Positions 47,641-58,044 of a stretch of DNA of 64,000 nucleotides are shown in pieces (position 1 is the first letter of the stretch; the number at the start of each line of letters is the position of its first letter). The DNA is taken from positions 1-64,000 of IMG/VR virus record IMGVR_UViG_3300034082_001419; one strand, written 5' to 3'. The notes under the pieces were generated by a model. It did not search any database and was not told the DNA's origin. It saw nothing but the letters and a program-made list of their open reading frames with translations. The DNA comes from a virus. The position numbers and the translations under genes are program-made.

Positions 47641-50600
47641 TATCTGAGTGATATTTGATTTTTACTATTACTAATTTTAACTATCATATTTACATCTTGA
47701 GAATTAGCTTTGCTCAAATATAAGAAATTTAAATAGTGTCTGAATTTTTTTCTCTCAAGTTGATTCTTAGCATAATCTAAGTTAGTAGTATTTAATGTTT
47801 TAATATAACCATTAGACTGAGTATTCCATATTACTTCTTGAGTATATATACCAGCAAGAACTGTTGTACCTGGAACTACTGCACCGGTAGGTGGGTATGA
47901 TGAACCATTTGGAAACTCACCTCTATTTTTAGTTATATCCCAGAATTGATTAAATCTGTATTTGTTTTCCTCTTTAGAGAATAGTACATCAATAGATCCC
48001 GGATTAACTTTAGGATATGTATTAGCAAGTGTAATATTATTTTTAGGGAATATATTAAGATTTAAATATCCAGATACTTGTTCAGAATTATATACTACTG
48101 CTTTATCAAAGTTATAATCAAGTACATGATACTGATCAATACAATTTATTGGACTATTTTTATAACATTCAAGAATATACTCCATTGATTTAAGAGTAGT
48201 AATTGTTTGTCCTGTTATTAATGGTATCTCAACCTCAAATGGATGCTGAACACCATAGAAATTACAATAACTATTACATGCTACATTATGTTTCCATAAT
48301 CTACCTTCTTTAGTTGTCATAAAAAATTGTCTTGCAGGTAACACAAAATCTGGATGCCAGTCATGATATGAAATCCAATAATTACTTTTAGGATCAAAAC
48401 TTGCTGTCCATGATGCATTTTCAAATATAAGAGGATCACCTAACTCAATTCTTGCTTGACCATTAACTAAAAAGTAATCACCATATCTATCATATGTTAC
48501 AATAGTACCTGGAGCTAAATCATTTCTTAATTTATAATCTTTTTTACAGAAATAGATAACTCCGTTATAATTATCATATACTGCTTGTGTACCAATACCA
48601 GCAACAGGATTATCAGTATGTGGATAATCAGGAAAATCTTCAGTAAGTTTATATGGTAAAAATAAACTGAACCACCATTTCATACCTTGTTGAGATATTT
48701 CTTTTAGACCTCCTTCAAATGCAAACACTCTTCCTTGATTTTGAGATATATAATACATACCTGCTGGAGTAGCAATTACACCAAACTTATTTTGAGAAGA
48801 ACCATATTCATACTCTACATCAGATATTGTTACATTTTGAGGAGGATTAGCAAATAAACCACCATCACCAATAGTAATTTTAGTACCTAAGTCTGTTTCA
48901 AGAGTATCAGTACCTTGATATATTAATGGACTAGAATTTTGGAATGTAATAAACATACCAGTTTTAGCATATGGTTTTATACTTGTAATTCTATTTTTAA
49001 ATTCTTTATAGTTATTAACTAGATAAACAAACCATGAATCTTTAGATGACTCATTTTGTTGAGGTAGTGAGTAAACAACTCTATCAGGATAGTAAGTATA
49101 ACATAACTGAGATACAATAGGATTATAATATCTTGATTGTAAATTACCTTGAGAGAAATATTGAGTAAATACTTTAGATATACTTAATGAATAATCATAT
49201 GCATAATAGTTTCCTCTTGCAATTGTATCAGGATTCATATTAAACATTGCTGGTAAATTAGTATAGGTATTACGGTCATAGTGTTGTTCATATACTGCAG
49301 TACCAGGTTCTCTAAAGTCTACTAATACATCTGACTCAACAAAGAAATCTCTTACTGAAGAATTAGCTAAATAGAAATACGCTTCTTTAGCACCAAATAC
49401 TCCAGGGTATGTGTCTAGACCACCATCTGGTGTATCATTATTATAATTCCATTTTCTACCACTATTTCTATAATAATCTAAATCATAAAAATCTGTAGGT
49501 TTAAACCCGTTACCAGGAGTTGGATTTGTCCAGTTAGCAGGAGTTAAGTCACTACTATCATATAGTTCACTGTTAACCCAAAATCTTGGTTCAGCAATCA
49601 TATGTCTTAAAATATAATTATATTCATATCCATCTGGTTGATCATAAAGCCAGTCATAGAAAAAGAACATATTATTTTTTTCTGTATATCTATTTACATA
49701 TGTATCACCACCAAAAAATACTGGTGACTGTTGTATCGCTCTAAGTCTTATTTCTACAGTTCTTAAACCAACCGGTGTACTTATTGAACAAAAGAAAGGA
49801 CTTCTTGTTATTACTGTATTTACACCATTATAATTTAATTTTTGTTCTGATGGTGTAATTGGTATTTGTTTAATTGAATCAAGTTGACCATATTGATTTC
49901 TTAGTCTTACTTTAATTCCTCCATAATGACTTGCTATAGATAAATTAAATGGGTTAGATTTACCGTCAGTCATATTAACTGGTAAACCTCCTGCTTGTAT
50001 TGCTGTTCCTAATGTTACTAATGATTTATCTGCATTTGGACCGATAATATAATCTGGACCATTGTCAACTTTAGTTGTGCTACCAGATGATGTTCTTAAT
50101 GTAACTGATGTTTGTCTTTTAAGATTATTGATAATATAATTTATACCACTAAAAGATTTAACATTTTGTATATTATTTTTTAAATAAAAACTGTCTTCAA
50201 TATTAAATCTTTGTACTTGAGATGTATTAGGTACATCAAAACCACTATAAAAACCTTCTGCAATTGATTGTAAAGCAAATTGTCTATACGGTAATAAAGC
50301 ATAAATTAATCTTAAAGTTGTGTTTGCACCATCTAAAAAATAAAAAAGTGATTGAGGTAAACCATATAAAACACCTAATGCACCAGCATATGCAAGTTTT
50401 GGTACTTCTCTTTGATATTCATTTGCTATACCAATTGTTGCATTAGTAGCTCCTAAAGCATTTACAGTACTGATATATGTAGCATTTATTGAAGACAAAA
50501 CTGGATTAATACCAAATGTAAAAGCATCAGCAAGAGTTCCTACACCTGAAACAAGATAAGCTTTCATAGCTGTGTTATATGCAGCTTGAGCAACTGCAAC

Positions 50601-52946
50601 AGCGGCAGCACCACCTGTAGCAACACCATAAGCAACACCAAATGAATCACTAGCACCTGTACCAGGAACAGGTTTACCCAGTGTAGTAGTCATTTTACCT
50701 ACATTTTGTATAATAACTTCAATGATACCACCAATAAACATTGCAAATACTGTAACATCTGCTAATAATTTAAATCTTGGATGTTTATCAGGTTCTTCAA
50801 AATATTGTACTGATGTACCTGTTAGACTACCATATAGTTTTAGTTCAGTAACAGATAAAAATGGATTTCTGAAATTAGTATCTGGTGAGTGAAAAGTTAC
50901 CATATTAGTTGGTAGTGTCTGAGGAGCATCTTTTGGCAATCTAATATATGGATCATTATTTCCTGCTACGTGTCCACCTAATGATGCTGATAGTGGTTCA
51001 ATAGTATTAAATGGATAGTTAGGATATAAACCTATTCTACCAGCTGCTGCATTACCTTTAATTTCATAAGTACGCAAATTATTAAGCATACCTTTAGCAA
51101 TGATGCTTCTATTACCTTCTCTTGATCCTCTTAGTATTTCATAACCTACTATACCTGGTATATCATTACCATCATTATCTTTTGGTAAAATAATATTATT
51201 AAATGTAACACCCATTAGTCTAATTGCTTGACCACCATCTCTATAATGATTTGTCAACTTAGAACCAGAAGTTATATTATCAGGAAACTTATGATGTCTA
51301 ATTGGTTTACCACATAAATCAAAAGGAGATGTTCCACCAGGCGGTGGAGGTGGAACTCCACTCCAACATTGAGATGAAGCATCCCATATATCATGTCTAT
51401 TATCTGGATACTTTTCAGTTGACTCCCAGTAACCCATTCTTCCTTGAGCAACTACAATACCTCCATCAGGTAAAACTGTACCAGGTGCTCCAGTTTGAGT
51501 AGCCGTATTATATACTTCAAAATATCTATCATCTGGACTTAAAGAATTTAAATCTGCTGTAAGTTGTGTTTCTGATATTCCATTGAATGTACCTGCAACT
51601 CTACCTGGTATATGATATGAAGATGTTTTATCTCCTGTATTATATACCCATCTTATAAAGAATGTATATACTTCATCTCTTAAGTAACTTGTATTACTTC
51701 CTCCTTGTACATAATAATCAGATGTATATTCAACTGAACTCCATAAAGCTTGAATTTGATTAGCTAATGGTTGATAGTTAAAGTCAAATCTAGATCTTGG
51801 AGCTATTCTTAGTAAATAATTATTAACCTCAGTCATTTGATCTGATGTTTCATATACTAAGTTTCTTATTGGAATTTGTTCAATAGGTACAGTTATTAAA
51901 TCATCTTTGATTTGATCTAAATGTACTACTGATGTATTTGTAGAATATAAACCAATTCTTTTAGCAACAGCACCTTGATTAATTATTTGTACTACTACTA
52001 ATTCAAATTCATCAAAATGTACATTATCTGCATTAATAAAAATATCAATACAACTTGCAACATCATCAACATTCCAAAGTGGTTGTGTGTTACTTGGTGA
52101 AAAATAATCTGTAACTTTTTGACCTTTAATAGTATAAGCAATAACAGCAAAGTAAGATCCATTTCTTAATACACCACCTCCAACTCCTGGTTTAATTTCA
52201 ATTGTTGGTGATGACATTAATCTTGCAAGTCTTATATCTTCACAGTTTAATATTGTTGTATCTTCACATGTTATACAATCATTTGGTCCTGGACAACCTG
52301 CAGGCCATACATCTGGTATTGTTTGTTGACAACCTGAATCAGTATGACATAATTGTTTCCATTGTACACCTGGCCATTGCATAGTCATACCACTAACAGA
52401 ACTACCATATTTATTGTTTCCAATCCATTGATAATCAGCACTTGGCCATAAATCATTATCACCAATATTTAAATATCTATCTGGATTTAGACCATCTGCA
52501 AAATATACTCCCCATGAGCAATCTTCTTTTTCTCTTGAAGCACCAGTAATTAAATTTCTTTTATCAAAGTTTAAACAATCATCTTGTACAATTATCCTAT
52601 ATGTACAAGTATCTTCTTCAAATAATCCTATTTCATGTCCAGTAGGTAAACCAACACCACTTGTTGGATATGCAACTGTAAATAAAATCCATTTATCAGA
52701 ATATAAATGCATTGTTCCAATAATATATTTTTTACCAGGCAATGTTGCTCCAGCTTCACCACACTCTACATTTGATGTTTCATTAGATAGTGTTCCAATA
52801 TTTCCTTCAAGTGTATTGTTTACAGCATTACGGGCATGTGTCCACATACCTTCAGCAACAAATGTAGGATCTGAATCTTTATTTAATCCCTTTACAAAAG
52901 TGTTTGTTTTATTCTGTGATGTATCTTGTATATTTTTCTTTGCCAT
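47640..52946 (-). CDS. Tail stabilization / hub-like protein (crAss-like)
   Basis: 1768 aa; N-terminal NTFVKGLNKD; YLRDEVYTF.I and W.S.HDW.P motifs; follows the ring-protein genes. Confidence 0.65.
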   Translation of the reverse strand: MAKKNIQDTSQNKTNTFVKGLNKDSDPTFVAEGMWTHARNAVNNTLEGNIGTLSNETSNVECGEAGATLPGKKYIIGTMHLYSDKWILFTVAYPTSGVGLPTGHEIGLFEEDTCTYRIIVQDDCLNFDKRNLITGASREKEDCSWGVYFADGLNPDRYLNIGDNDLWPSADYQWIGNNKYGSSVSGMTMQWPGVQWKQLCHTDSGCQQTIPDVWPAGCPGPNDCITCEDTTILNCEDIRLARLMSSPTIEIKPGVGGGVLRNGSYFAVIAYTIKGQKVTDYFSPSNTQPLWNVDDVASCIDIFINADNVHFDEFELVVVQIINQGAVAKRIGLYSTNTSVVHLDQIKDDLITVPIEQIPIRNLVYETSDQMTEVNNYLLRIAPRSRFDFNYQPLANQIQALWSSVEYTSDYYVQGGSNTSYLRDEVYTFFIRWVYNTGDKTSSYHIPGRVAGTFNGISETQLTADLNSLSPDDRYFEVYNTATQTGAPGTVLPDGGIVVAQGRMGYWESTEKYPDNRHDIWDASSQCWSGVPPPPPGGTSPFDLCGKPIRHHKFPDNITSGSKLTNHYRDGGQAIRLMGVTFNNIILPKDNDGNDIPGIVGYEILRGSREGNRSIIAKGMLNNLRTYEIKGNAAAGRIGLYPNYPFNTIEPLSASLGGHVAGNNDPYIRLPKDAPQTLPTNMVTFHSPDTNFRNPFLSVTELKLYGSLTGTSVQYFEEPDKHPRFKLLADVTVFAMFIGGIIEVIIQNVGKMTTTLGKPVPGTGASDSFGVAYGVATGGAAAVAVAQAAYNTAMKAYLVSGVGTLADAFTFGINPVLSSINATYISTVNALGATNATIGIANEYQREVPKLAYAGALGVLYGLPQSLFYFLDGANTTLRLIYALLPYRQFALQSIAEGFYSGFDVPNTSQVQRFNIEDSFYLKNNIQNVKSFSGINYIINNLKRQTSVTLRTSSGSTTKVDNGPDYIIGPNADKSLVTLGTAIQAGGLPVNMTDGKSNPFNLSIASHYGGIKVRLRNQYGQLDSIKQIPITPSEQKLNYNGVNTVITRSPFFCSISTPVGLRTVEIRLRAIQQSPVFFGGDTYVNRYTEKNNMFFFYDWLYDQPDGYEYNYILRHMIAEPRFWVNSELYDSSDLTPANWTNPTPGNGFKPTDFYDLDYYRNSGRKWNYNNDTPDGGLDTYPGVFGAKEAYFYLANSSVRDFFVESDVLVDFREPGTAVYEQHYDRNTYTNLPAMFNMNPDTIARGNYYAYDYSLSISKVFTQYFSQGNLQSRYYNPIVSQLCYTYYPDRVVYSLPQQNESSKDSWFVYLVNNYKEFKNRITSIKPYAKTGMFITFQNSSPLIYQGTDTLETDLGTKITIGDGGLFANPPQNVTISDVEYEYGSSQNKFGVIATPAGMYYISQNQGRVFAFEGGLKEISQQGMKWWFSLFLPYKLTEDFPDYPHTDNPVAGIGTQAVYDNYNGVIYFCKKDYKLRNDLAPGTIVTYDRYGDYFLVNGQARIELGDPLIFENASWTASFDPKSNYWISYHDWHPDFVLPARQFFMTTKEGRLWKHNVACNSYCNFYGVQHPFEVEIPLITGQTITTLKSMEYILECYKNSPINCIDQYHVLDYNFDKAVVYNSEQVSGYLNLNIFPKNNITLANTYPKVNPGSIDVLFSKEENKYRFNQFWDITKNRGEFPNGSSYPPTGAVVPGTTVLAGIYTQEVIWNTQSNGYIKTLNTTNLDYAKNQLERKKFRHYLNFLYLSKANSQDVNMIVKISNSKNQISLR

Positions 52947-52957
52947 AATATAAAGTA

Positions 52958-53974
52958 TTATAATAAACGCATGCTGTTATAGTTATAACTCTTAAACATG
53001 TCATAGTATTTAGCATATTGTGCTCTTCTGTTAGCCATCCATAAACCTTTCATTTCTGCAAAGTTTGGAGTATTAACAATTGATAAGGCATAGTTTCTTG
53101 CAACCTTAAGTCTTTGTTCTATAAGTTGTAACTTTTGAGATACATCTTCACCATTAAGATACAAGTTCTCAAATATTCTTTGTTTCATTGCATACTCATA
53201 GTATTCATTTATCTCATCATGATCAGGAACTAATAAGTTACCATCAGCATCTTCAAGTGCTCCTTGATAATTAAGATATATTTTACCGCATTCAAATGTA
53301 GTATGTAAGAATCCGTTTTTAATCCATGCTTCATTAGCTGCATTAATATATAAATTAGGACAATCACATTCAATTTCTTGAGATGCTTTAAATCTTAATG
53401 GTATTAAAGCTTCATATGTTCTTGTTTCACCTGTAGGCATAATTTGAATTAACTCAAATTGATCTCCTTTACAGTTAGAAAATACTCTAGGTCTTATACA
53501 AGTATCACCAAATGGATTAAGTGGATCATATCCTGGTACAACAACAGGGGAACAATCAGGAACATGTCCTTGACAAGCTACTGTATGATTACATGGATTA
53601 GCATTACATGTTGAACAGTTAACCGTTGGAGGAGCACATACATCTACTGAACCAGGTACTTCTACATATGGTACTTCCATTGTAGTTGTACCACCACTTC
53701 TATATCCTACTTGTTGTTTAAATGACCCACATATAGAACCAAAGTTCATAGTAAAGAAATCATCAGGTAGTTTTATCTTATGATGTTCTACCTCAAGAAT
53801 AACTTCTTTAGTCATATTAATTCTAAGACCTAAATCATATGTTACTCTCTTAGCAACTTTAATTAGTTGTTGAGGCTCTATCATATTTTCAAGAGCATAT
53901 GTATTTAAATCAATTGTAACATCTTCCAGTAACTGGTCAAATGTTCTAAACTTGAGTGTATAGTTAAAGTCCAT
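52958..53974 (-). CDS. Tail ring/tubular-like protein with a Cys-rich insert
   Basis: LEVEHHKIKLPDDF and G.IYLNY...D.DG.L.VPD motifs; position before the stabilization gene. Confidence 0.5.
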   Translation of the reverse strand: MDFNYTLKFRTFDQLLEDVTIDLNTYALENMIEPQQLIKVAKRVTYDLGLRINMTKEVILEVEHHKIKLPDDFFTMNFGSICGSFKQQVGYRSGGTTTMEVPYVEVPGSVDVCAPPTVNCSTCNANPCNHTVACQGHVPDCSPVVVPGYDPLNPFGDTCIRPRVFSNCKGDQFELIQIMPTGETRTYEALIPLRFKASQEIECDCPNLYINAANEAWIKNGFLHTTFECGKIYLNYQGALEDADGNLLVPDHDEINEYYEYAMKQRIFENLYLNGEDVSQKLQLIEQRLKVARNYALSIVNTPNFAEMKGLWMANRRAQYAKYYDMFKSYNYNSMRLL

Positions 53975-54645
53975 TATCTTAATGAGTTTTGACTATCATC
54001 AGGACCATTAGTAGGTACATTGATAGACATAGTTAATTCTTTTAATACATATTGTTCAATCTCCCCAAATAAATAATCTGGAAAAGGTAACTGATCATCA
54101 TTTCTAAATCTACACTCTTCTGTAGTATCACATGTAAAACCAGATATTGGATCTTCAAATACACCTTCAACTTTAATTGCTTCCCATTGTACATTAGGCA
54201 TATATAAGTAACCATTCAAATACCAAAAATATTTTCTAGTATTATATTTAAAACTTGTAACTTTAGTCATAGAAGAATAAGTACCTGGATCAGTTCTGAA
54301 TAACTCAACTGATGTATCTAATGAAGATACTGTACGTATAAGTGGTCCATTAATACCATCAAAAAACCTAGGTAGTTTTTCTTTAGTTCTTTTAATATAG
54401 CATCCAGATGTAATACCAACACATCCTGCTTCAACTTTATCTACATCCATTAACTCAACATAAGTCAATGTAGAAAATATTGAACTTATTTTCATTAACC
54501 TATTCTGGTTATCTTCTCTTTTTAATAAAGACTTACCATATTTAGATATTGCAAAATATATAGTTCTATCAGTTAAGAATGGATCTTCTTTAACTGCTTT
54601 AAGAGCATTTCTTACTCTTGATATTGCTTCACCAATTGTTGTCAT
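53974..54645 (-). CDS. Tail ring/tubular-like protein
   Basis: YFWYLNGYLY...VEGVFEDP motif; synteny with crAss-like tail genes. Confidence 0.5.
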   Translation of the reverse strand: MTTIGEAISRVRNALKAVKEDPFLTDRTIYFAISKYGKSLLKREDNQNRLMKISSIFSTLTYVELMDVDKVEAGCVGITSGCYIKRTKEKLPRFFDGINGPLIRTVSSLDTSVELFRTDPGTYSSMTKVTSFKYNTRKYFWYLNGYLYMPNVQWEAIKVEGVFEDPISGFTCDTTEECRFRNDDQLPFPDYLFGEIEQYVLKELTMSINVPTNGPDDSQNSLR

Positions 54646-55229
54646 ATATCAAATTCATTATATGTTTTTAACTTATCTTTTTCTAAACCTTTAAAGTAAT
54701 CTTTTTGTCTAGATGCTGTAAACATTTTACGTATCTTCTTCATTGGTTCAACATGTATGTATATTGGCCAATTGGTTGAGTATGTTTTTGCTACTGATCT
54801 TTTAAATGTCCTACATCCTGTAAATGCCCAACACTCTCTATTAAGAAAATTATATTTTGTAGCATAGTTAGTATAAAATATTTTAGCTAATTTATTATCA
54901 GTTTCCCAGTTTGAGTTTGTAACTATAACACCATATTTCTTTGACTTACCAAAATCAATATTTCTTTTCTTACTTGTTTGGCATGTCCCAATAAATATAT
55001 TACCTAATCCTTCTGGCAACTGTACACCGTCTCTACTATCAATTACAGTTTCACAAAAAAGAGTATGAAAGTTAATGCATATTTTTCTTAAATCTTTATT
55101 AGCAATGTCTTTGTACTTAGGGTACTTTCTTCTAAATGCATTATAGAATTTAGTATCTAGAATGTGATGTACATCTTGTCTAAATCTTTTACCTTTTACA
55201 TCAGGTCCTTTAAATACTTTACTTTCCAT
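54642..55229 (-). CDS. IHF/HU-like basic protein of the crAss-like tail block
   Basis: Basic; GVQLPEGLGNIFI resembles the HU/IHF V.L.GFG.F strand; position upstream of ring genes. Confidence 0.5.
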   Translation of the reverse strand: MESKVFKGPDVKGKRFRQDVHHILDTKFYNAFRRKYPKYKDIANKDLRKICINFHTLFCETVIDSRDGVQLPEGLGNIFIGTCQTSKKRNIDFGKSKKYGVIVTNSNWETDNKLAKIFYTNYATKYNFLNRECWAFTGCRTFKRSVAKTYSTNWPIYIHVEPMKKIRKMFTASRQKDYFKGLEKDKLKTYNEFDI

Positions 55230-55310
55230 ATCTTATATATTAATATACTAAAATTTTCAGACTTATAAAAGAATACAAGTCAAAACAAATATAGCACTTA
55301 TAAGTTACAT

Positions 55311-55347
55311 AAAAAAAATAACCCCGGTAATGAGCACATACCGGGGT
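55311..55347 (-). terminator. Rho-independent terminator
   Basis: Perfect 9-bp stem accccggta / taccggggt, then a T-tract on the - strand. Confidence 0.8.
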
Positions 55348-55388
55348 CTTGTTGTCAGCCACAGAAACCAACAAACTGCGACATATTT

Positions 55389-57224
55389 TTAGTCTTGTAT
55401 TAATCTTACTGAATACCCATTTCTCTTATTGATGAGGTTTCTGTAAGCATTGCCATCGTTGTAGAACAAGTTGCGGCTCCAAGCATAGTTCGTATTGTCC
55501 TCCGTAGAACTCCACCAGTAACCGTTGTCGCCAATGTTGTTATTATTTCCATTAAATCCGTTGCGGAACCCGCCAGGAAGACCAGTAAATAAAGACGTAT
55601 TAGTTGCTCCTATATTTGGTGTTTGCCAATGAGTAAATCCTGTTTCTTTCATTGCTCCTCCAGCTGCTGCATTTCCTCCTAAAGTTGTAGTTAAAGTTGT
55701 CCATTCAGTATCTGAAGGTACATGGTAACCTGCTGGTGCCAATCCACCATTTGCTGTATTATTAACAGCATACCAGTTATACAATTTACCATAAACAGGT
55801 CCATTTGCTGAATCATTATTATACCAACACCACGCTCCTGTAGTTAAACCAGCCCATCCTGTTGGATCTGTTACTTCTGGAATTAATGTACCATCTCTAT
55901 ATCTATCAACATTTAAGTTACAACTTGTCCAAACTTGAGTTCCTATAGTAACATCTAGGCATGTTTCTTGTATAAATCTAACTGACAACCCAGCTCTCTT
56001 AAAGCCGCTGCCTCTGGAAGCATTGCCATTGGTGAAGTTCAAGACGCGGCCCCAAGCATTGTAGGCATCGTTCTCTGTAGAACTCCACCAGTAACCGTAG
56101 TAACCCATGAAGTTGTAAGTTCCACCGTAGTCGCGTTGACCGCCCGGAAGACCAGTAAATAATGAAGAATTAGTAGCATATAAATTAGGTGCATCCCAAT
56201 GACAAAAACCTTCTTCTTTCATCTTGCCTCCAGCTACAATTTCTCCACCTAGATAGTCGGTAAGAATTGTCCACTCAGCATCTGTTGGCACTTTCCATCC
56301 AGCAGGTGCAATACCTCCATTTGTAGTATTATTAATTGCATGCCAATTATAAAGTTTACCATATGTAGTTTCTGTAGAAGGATCATTATTATAATAGCAC
56401 CATGCTCCTGTTGTTAATGCTGACCAAGCATTATTATTCTCAACATATGGGATAAGTATACCATCTCTATATGTAGATACTGTTGCATTACACCTAGTCC
56501 AAACTTGAGTACCAATTGGAATATTTTGTTCTACACAATCTGGACATGGATCTATTGTATCTTCTATTAATCTTACAGAGCATCCAGTACGTTTAATGTT
56601 ATCACCACCACCAAAGAGACCATTGTAGTTGACCAAGAACATAGCCCTAGCAAAACCTGGATAAATATCATCTTCTGTAGTAGTCCACCAGATACCGTTT
56701 TCGCCAATGTAGTTGTAAGGCCCAAGCTGATCACGTTGTCCACCGGGAAGAGCTGTAAATAATGATGTGTTAGTTGCATCAGTATTAGGATTTATCCAAT
56801 GACAAAAACCTTCTTCTTTCATCTTGCCTCCAGCAATAAGACCTCCTCCTAAATTATCTCTTAGAACTAACCATTCAGCTTCAGAAGGAACATGATAGCC
56901 TGTTGGAGCAAGTTGTTTTCTTAATAAGGGATCAAGTAATGATGCTTCATCATAAATTCCTACTACTGCATACCAGTTGTATAACTTACCATATATGGCA
57001 TCATTAGCGGGATTATTATCATAATGACACCAAGCACCTGTTGTTGCTATTTCCCACTGATAATCATCAGTTATTTCAGGTATAACTGTTACACCATCTG
57101 AATATGTAGTTACATCTAAATTACATCCTGTCCATACTTGTCCATAAATATCTATATTATTTGGATCACAATTAGGACAATTATCTCTCCTTGTTCTATA
57201 TATATCTTTTTTAAAACTCCACAT
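55389..57224 (-). CDS. Three tandem Fib_succ_major (FISUMP)-type C-lectin-fold domains; putative receptor-binding protein and DGR target
   Basis: Three copies of GxQVWT.CN...YGKLYNW.A...AP.G..VP...EW...LPGG.R...WW...G.SVR.I. Confidence 0.85.
   Translation of the reverse strand: MWSFKKDIYRTRRDNCPNCDPNNIDIYGQVWTGCNLDVTTYSDGVTVIPEITDDYQWEIATTGAWCHYDNNPANDAIYGKLYNWYAVVGIYDEASLLDPLLRKQLAPTGYHVPSEAEWLVLRDNLGGGLIAGGKMKEEGFCHWINPNTDATNTSLFTALPGGQRDQLGPYNYIGENGIWWTTTEDDIYPGFARAMFLVNYNGLFGGGDNIKRTGCSVRLIEDTIDPCPDCVEQNIPIGTQVWTRCNATVSTYRDGILIPYVENNNAWSALTTGAWCYYNNDPSTETTYGKLYNWHAINNTTNGGIAPAGWKVPTDAEWTILTDYLGGEIVAGGKMKEEGFCHWDAPNLYATNSSLFTGLPGGQRDYGGTYNFMGYYGYWWSSTENDAYNAWGRVLNFTNGNASRGSGFKRAGLSVRFIQETCLDVTIGTQVWTSCNLNVDRYRDGTLIPEVTDPTGWAGLTTGAWCWYNNDSANGPVYGKLYNWYAVNNTANGGLAPAGYHVPSDTEWTTLTTTLGGNAAAGGAMKETGFTHWQTPNIGATNTSLFTGLPGGFRNGFNGNNNNIGDNGYWWSSTEDNTNYAWSRNLFYNDGNAYRNLINKRNGYSVRLIQD
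55392..55582 (-). repeat. Putative DGR variable repeat, C-terminal domain (VR-c)
   Basis: Rich in AAC/NNC codons; aligns with VR-b with mismatches almost only at codon positions 1-2. Confidence 0.75.
55970..56152 (-). repeat. Putative DGR variable repeat, middle domain (VR-b)
   Basis: GC/CpG-enriched relative to the genome; third-position C/T conserved with VR-c while positions 1-2 vary. Confidence 0.72.
56565..56752 (-). repeat. Degenerate or older variable repeat, first domain (VR-a)
   Basis: Partial NNC signature (AAC TAC ATT GGC GAA AAC GGT ATC TGG TGG) but with additional non-adenine differences and an indel. Confidence 0.4.
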
Positions 57225-57226
57225 AT

Positions 57227-58021
57227 TTATACTTTTGTATTACCCAATAAATAATAGATAGATGATGTAGCTCCTTGTTCTAAATAAGCTTGATCATATT
57301 GACCTTTAATTTTATATCCAGTAATTGCATTATTTAATACTACACCTCCTGTAGTTATAAATGTAACATCAGCTGTTCCATCTTGAATAAAGCCTACTTG
57401 TAGTTTAGCTGATAATCCAGTTGGTACGGTAATAGAAATTGGAGTTGCACCGTTAGTTATTATTATTGAGTAACCATCATCAGCACTTGTAAGTAAATAG
57501 TTAGTTGAAATAAACTTTTGTTTTGTATCACAACAAGCTGAAAGATCATTTACAGTTGTTTGTAAAGTAGTTACATCTCCTTGTAAAGTTGTTATATCAC
57601 CTTGTATTGCAGTTACATCAGTTTGTAATGTTGTTACTGCACCTTGTAATGTTAATATTTGCCCATTAATTGTAACTATTTGTCCTTGTATAGTTACAAT
57701 TTGTCCTTGTATTGTAACAATATTACCTTCAATAGTAGTAAGTCTACCATTAATGATAAGTAATTGTGCATTAATAAAGTTAGTTAATGTAACAAGTCTT
57801 TGACAAAAATAAGTAACAATACCTTCTAATGCATCTACAATAGAATCTCCTTGAGAGACAACAGTATCATTACCACATTTGATATCATCAATTGTTAATA
57901 CCATACATTGTGCATCAAATACTTCAGCACATGGTTCTGGATTAGGACATTCTGGTGGAGTTGGACATGGTGGTAAAGATGGATAAGCATCATCACAACC
58001 ACAATTTATACAAGTATTCAT
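57227..58021 (-). CDS. Fibre-like protein: Cys-rich N-terminus, heptad coiled coil, C-terminal beta domain
   Basis: IVTIQGQ/VTTLQGD heptads; CxxC clusters. Confidence 0.65.
   Translation of the reverse strand: MNTCINCGCDDAYPSLPPCPTPPECPNPEPCAEVFDAQCMVLTIDDIKCGNDTVVSQGDSIVDALEGIVTYFCQRLVTLTNFINAQLLIINGRLTTIEGNIVTIQGQIVTIQGQIVTINGQILTLQGAVTTLQTDVTAIQGDITTLQGDVTTLQTTVNDLSACCDTKQKFISTNYLLTSADDGYSIIITNGATPISITVPTGLSAKLQVGFIQDGTADVTFITTGGVVLNNAITGYKIKGQYDQAYLEQGATSSIYYLLGNTKV
57550..57740 (-). repeat. Degenerate 21-bp tandem repeat encoding heptads
   Basis: About 9 units such as ttgtccttgtatagttacaat (+ strand). Confidence 0.6.
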
Positions 58022-58044
58022 AGTATTTTATTATTAATTTTTAA

